Positions 60,052 through 64,000 of a DNA stretch of 64,000 bases are shown here, piece by piece. The notes beneath the pieces were generated by a model. That model did not search any database, was not told the origin of the DNA, and saw nothing but the letters and a program-made list of their open reading frames with translations. Every line of letters begins with the position of its first letter. Within the stretch, counting starts at the first letter, position 1. The stretch is from Eledone cirrhosa (taxonomy: Eukaryota), in the NCBI GenBank assembly GCA_964016885.1, contig OZ024760.1, forward strand, positions 11,098,001-11,162,000, written 5' to 3'. The position numbers were made by a program, and so were the translations under genes.

Positions 60052-60159
60052 TGGCTAAAATAATGTCAGTGAGAGTCAGGTGAGAACCAGTGTACCTGTC
60101 TATCACTAAGAATGAGGCTACCGGACCTCAAAGTATTCTCTCTACCTGTAGATCCTGGT

Positions 60160-60600
60160 CTTCAGATAATACCTTTCCGTGTGTCCGACATTGCAACGTC
60201 GTTTCTTCAAATTATTAACCATCTTTCCATCAGCAACCCTAAGCACCATTTTGAATTCCATATGTCTAACACACGTGGACATACTTACAAAATCAAAAAT
60301 CAGTGCAGCTCCCATGACTTTCGGAAACATCTTTTCACTCTCAGAATTGCTGAAGCATGGAACAAACTACCTGCATCAATTGTTTGCTGCCAGGACACTG
60401 CATCCTTCAAAACTTCCATGCTTCCCGAAATTCGCCAACACTATACACGCTATTTCTCCTCCATACACACACACGTGTGTGTGAGTCTGTGTGTATATCA
60501 CTCATATATTGTTCATTTTCCTGACATTTGTATAATATTTTACGTACTATACATGCACCTTTGATAATTTAAAGTGCACCTGAGCAGGGAACATAATCAT
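60160..60600 (+). mobile_element. CR1-like LINE 3' end
   Basis: NTRGHTYKI..FRKHLFTLRIAEAWNKLPASIV..SFK is the conserved CR1/L2-type C-terminal motif. Confidence 0.85.
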
Positions 60601-60856
60601 TTTCATTATTGTTTCATTATTATTAAACCACTTCACCAAGGCGAGTAAAAAATTTAACACCATAATTATTAACAAAAAAGGCTATGGAAACGGTTTGTTC
60701 TAAACGTTTCATGTAAGATAAAATAATATTATATTTGTTATCAAATAAAACAGGAATCCTTTCATATCTGACTAAACCATGATCATAAATAAAACGAGAT
60801 GTGAAACTTGAAATATATTACTGCTAATTTGTTGAATTCTGTCACGATCAAAGAAA

Positions 60857-60917
<61 letters not shown>

Positions 60918-61021
60918 ACATACTTAAATACCTAACTACCTACATACATACATGCATATAGAATTAAAAACATTTTGAAGAACTTGCGCTATCATCTTAA
61001 AGTAGTGACTATATCACTTAC

Positions 61022-61217
61022 TTCTCTTCTCGGCAAAAGAAGGGAGAGAGGCGGACAGATTCTGTTTCACGCTGTTGGCGATTCTCAGAGCATCGTACTC
61101 CCCGCCTTTGGCGAAAATTATAGAGGCTGGATTCTTATAGAATTCCAGTAATAATCAGGAACTGATTATACAGAGCGATTGCCGGTCCAGCAACGATTAA
61201 AAATTAGGATTGGTGCT
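61022..61217 (-). other. Candidate non-coding exon
   Basis: Complex-sequence island bounded by tatttcag| and |gtaagt on the minus strand; stops in all frames. Confidence 0.4.
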
Positions 61218-61349
61218 CTGAAATACATACATCCATAGATAAATACATACATCCATATGTTTATATGTATATATACACACAAATATTAAGAAATGTATAC
61301 ATACAAGCTTTAAATATAGTAGCCATATTTAATTTAGAAGAAAAAAAAA

Positions 61350-63252
61350 TACCACAATATACCGCACCATACCATGCCATACCACGTCACACCACACCAC
61401 ACTGCACCATACCACACCGCACCATACCATACCACGCCACACCGCACCATGCCACACCGCACCATGCAACACCATACCACACCGCACCATACCATACCAA
61501 ACCGCTCCATACCATAACACACCATACCATGCTACACCAGACCATACTATACCACACTACACCACTCCGTACCGTACCATACCACTGGATCAATAACCCT
61601 TCTCATTTGTGATCGGAAGATTGGGCAACATGAGAAGTTCTTTTGAATAACATTGAGAAAAAACAACACCACCACCTACAACACCACCACCACCACCTAC
61701 AACACCTACAACACCACCTACAACACCACCATCACCTACAACAACAACACCACCACCACCACCAACACCACCAACACCACCACCACCTACAACACCACCA
61801 CCACCACCTACAACACCTACAACACCACCACCACCTACAACAACAACACCACCACCTACAACACCACCACCACCTACAACAACAACACCACCACCAACAC
61901 CTACACCTACAACATCACCACCACCACCTACAACACCACCACCACCACCTACAACACCACCACCACCACCTACAACACCTACAACACCACCACCACCTAC
62001 AACACCACCACCTACAACACCTACAACACCACCACCACCTACAACACCACCACCACCACCTTTAACACCTACAACACCACCACCGCCTACAACAACAACA
62101 CCACCACCTACAACACCACCTACAACACCACCACCACCACCTACAACAACAACACCACCACCACCAACACCTACACCTACAACACTAACACCAACAACAA
62201 CTTCAATAACAACACCAACACCACCACCACCTACAACAACAACACCACCAACACCTACACCTACAACACCACCACCACCACCTACAACAACAACACCACC
62301 ACCACCACCACCACCAACACCTACAACACCACCACCACCTACAACAACAACACCACCACCACCACCACCACCACCACCACCAACACCTACAACACCACCA
62401 ACACCTACACCACCACCACCACCTACAACACCACCACCACCACCTACAACAACAACACTAACACCACCACCACCTATAACACTAACACCACCAACAACAA
62501 CACCATTAATAACAACAACAATCAGAAAAATAACCACCACGACCACCACCAACAACAACACCATCACCACCACCACCACCTTCACCAACACTATCAACAA
62601 CAACACCATCACCACCACCACCACCACCACCACCACCACCTTCACCAACACTATCAACAACAACACCACCACCACCACCACCACCTTCACCACCAACACC
62701 ACCACCAACACTATCAACAACAACACCATCACCACCACCACCACCACCATCACCACCACCACCACCACCACCTTCACCAACACCGCCACCAACACTATCA
62801 ACAACAACACTATCACCACCACCACCACCACCACCACCACCTTCACCACCAACACCACCACCAACACTATCAACAACAACAACACGATCACCACCACCAC
62901 CAACACCATCACCACCACCACCACCTTCACCAACACCACCACCACCAACACTATCAACAATCAACAACAACAACACCATCACCACCACCACCATCACCAC
63001 CACCACCACCTTCACCACCAACACCACCACCAACACTATCAACAACAACAACAACACCATCACCACCACCACCAACACTATCAACAACAACAACACTATC
63101 ACCACCACCACCAACACCACCACCACCACCTTCACTAACACCACCACCAACACTATCAACAACAACAACACCACCACCACCACCACCACCACCACCACCA
63201 CCACCACTACCACCACCACCACCACCACCACCACCACCACCACCACCACCAG
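61350..63252. repeat. (CACCA)n and (ACC/AAC)n tracts
   Basis: Direct observation. Confidence 0.92.
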
Positions 63253-63549
63253 TAGCTCAACTGTAAACATGAACCGTTCTGAACATTCTCTCTCGGGCTT
63301 CTGAACTGATCTGACTAAACAGATCAGGCAGGGATTAGTGGCAGGATTAGAGCCTAATTAAGATTAATTTAATCTACCAATGAACCGAGGCTCAAAAATA
63401 TAAATCATTCAAACAGTATTACAATTAAAAACATTTATTTATTGATTAATTTATTTTATTTTATTTTATCTTTGATTTTTTTAAATTTGTTTTATTTCGG
63501 TATTTTTGTTTTCTTTCTTTTTCCTGCTCACTTAATTATTTATGGCGCT

Positions 63550-64000
63550 ATTGCTGTTATTGTTGTTGTTGTTGCTGTTGTTGCTGTTGTTATTGCTGTT
63601 ATTGCTGTTATTGTTGTTGTTGCTGTTGTTATTGATGTTGTTGCTGTTATTGTTGTTGTTGCTGTTGTTATTGCTGTTGTTGCTGCTGCTGTTGTTACTG
63701 TTGCTGTTGTTGTTGATGTTGTTGCTGTTGTTACTGCTGCTGCTGTTGTTGATGTCGTCTTACTGTTGTTACTGTTGCTGCTGTTGTTGATGTTGTTGCT
63801 GTTGTTACTGTTGCTGCTGTTGTTACTGCTGCTGCTGTTGTTGATGTCGTCTTACTGTTGTTACTGTTGCTGCTGTTGTTGATGTTGTTGCTGTTGTTAC
63901 TGTTGCTGCTGTTGTTACTGTTGCTGCGGTTGTTGATGTCGTCTTACTGTTGTTACTGTTGCTGCTGTTGTTGATGTTGTTGCTGTTGTTGCTGTTGCTG
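63550..64000. repeat. (GTT/GCT)n tract
   Basis: Direct observation. Confidence 0.92.

Overview
Repeat-saturated, AT-rich animal genomic DNA. The extreme (TA)n/(CA)n/(GTT)n content and the two tRNA-derived SINE families point to an octopus or other coleoid cephalopod; this is an inference. I see no intact host protein-coding gene, and almost all ORFs in the track are translations of microsatellites. The recognisable content is: about 20 copies of a young tRNA-SINE, about 6 copies of a CORE-type SINE, decayed retroelements (two CR1-like, two RTE, one R4/Dong-like RLE element sitting in (TAA)n, one CRE-like RLE 3' end, one Gypsy integrase fragment, one L1/Tx1-like 3' UTR), Mariner and hAT ends, and many minisatellite/satellite arrays, several showing monomer-to-higher-order transitions. 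The most interesting signal is a set of sequence-unrelated minimal type-I hammerhead ribozyme motifs of the Penelope-like (PLE) kind at 4673, 18886, 19158, 48579, 53459 and 59188. Three of them lie in fold-back elements with the layout inverted 3' copy / spacer / ribozyme / AATAAA, next to (TA)n. A few exon-like segments and homeodomain/ETS/YY1 motif clusters hint at a host transcription unit but cannot be confirmed from sequence alone.
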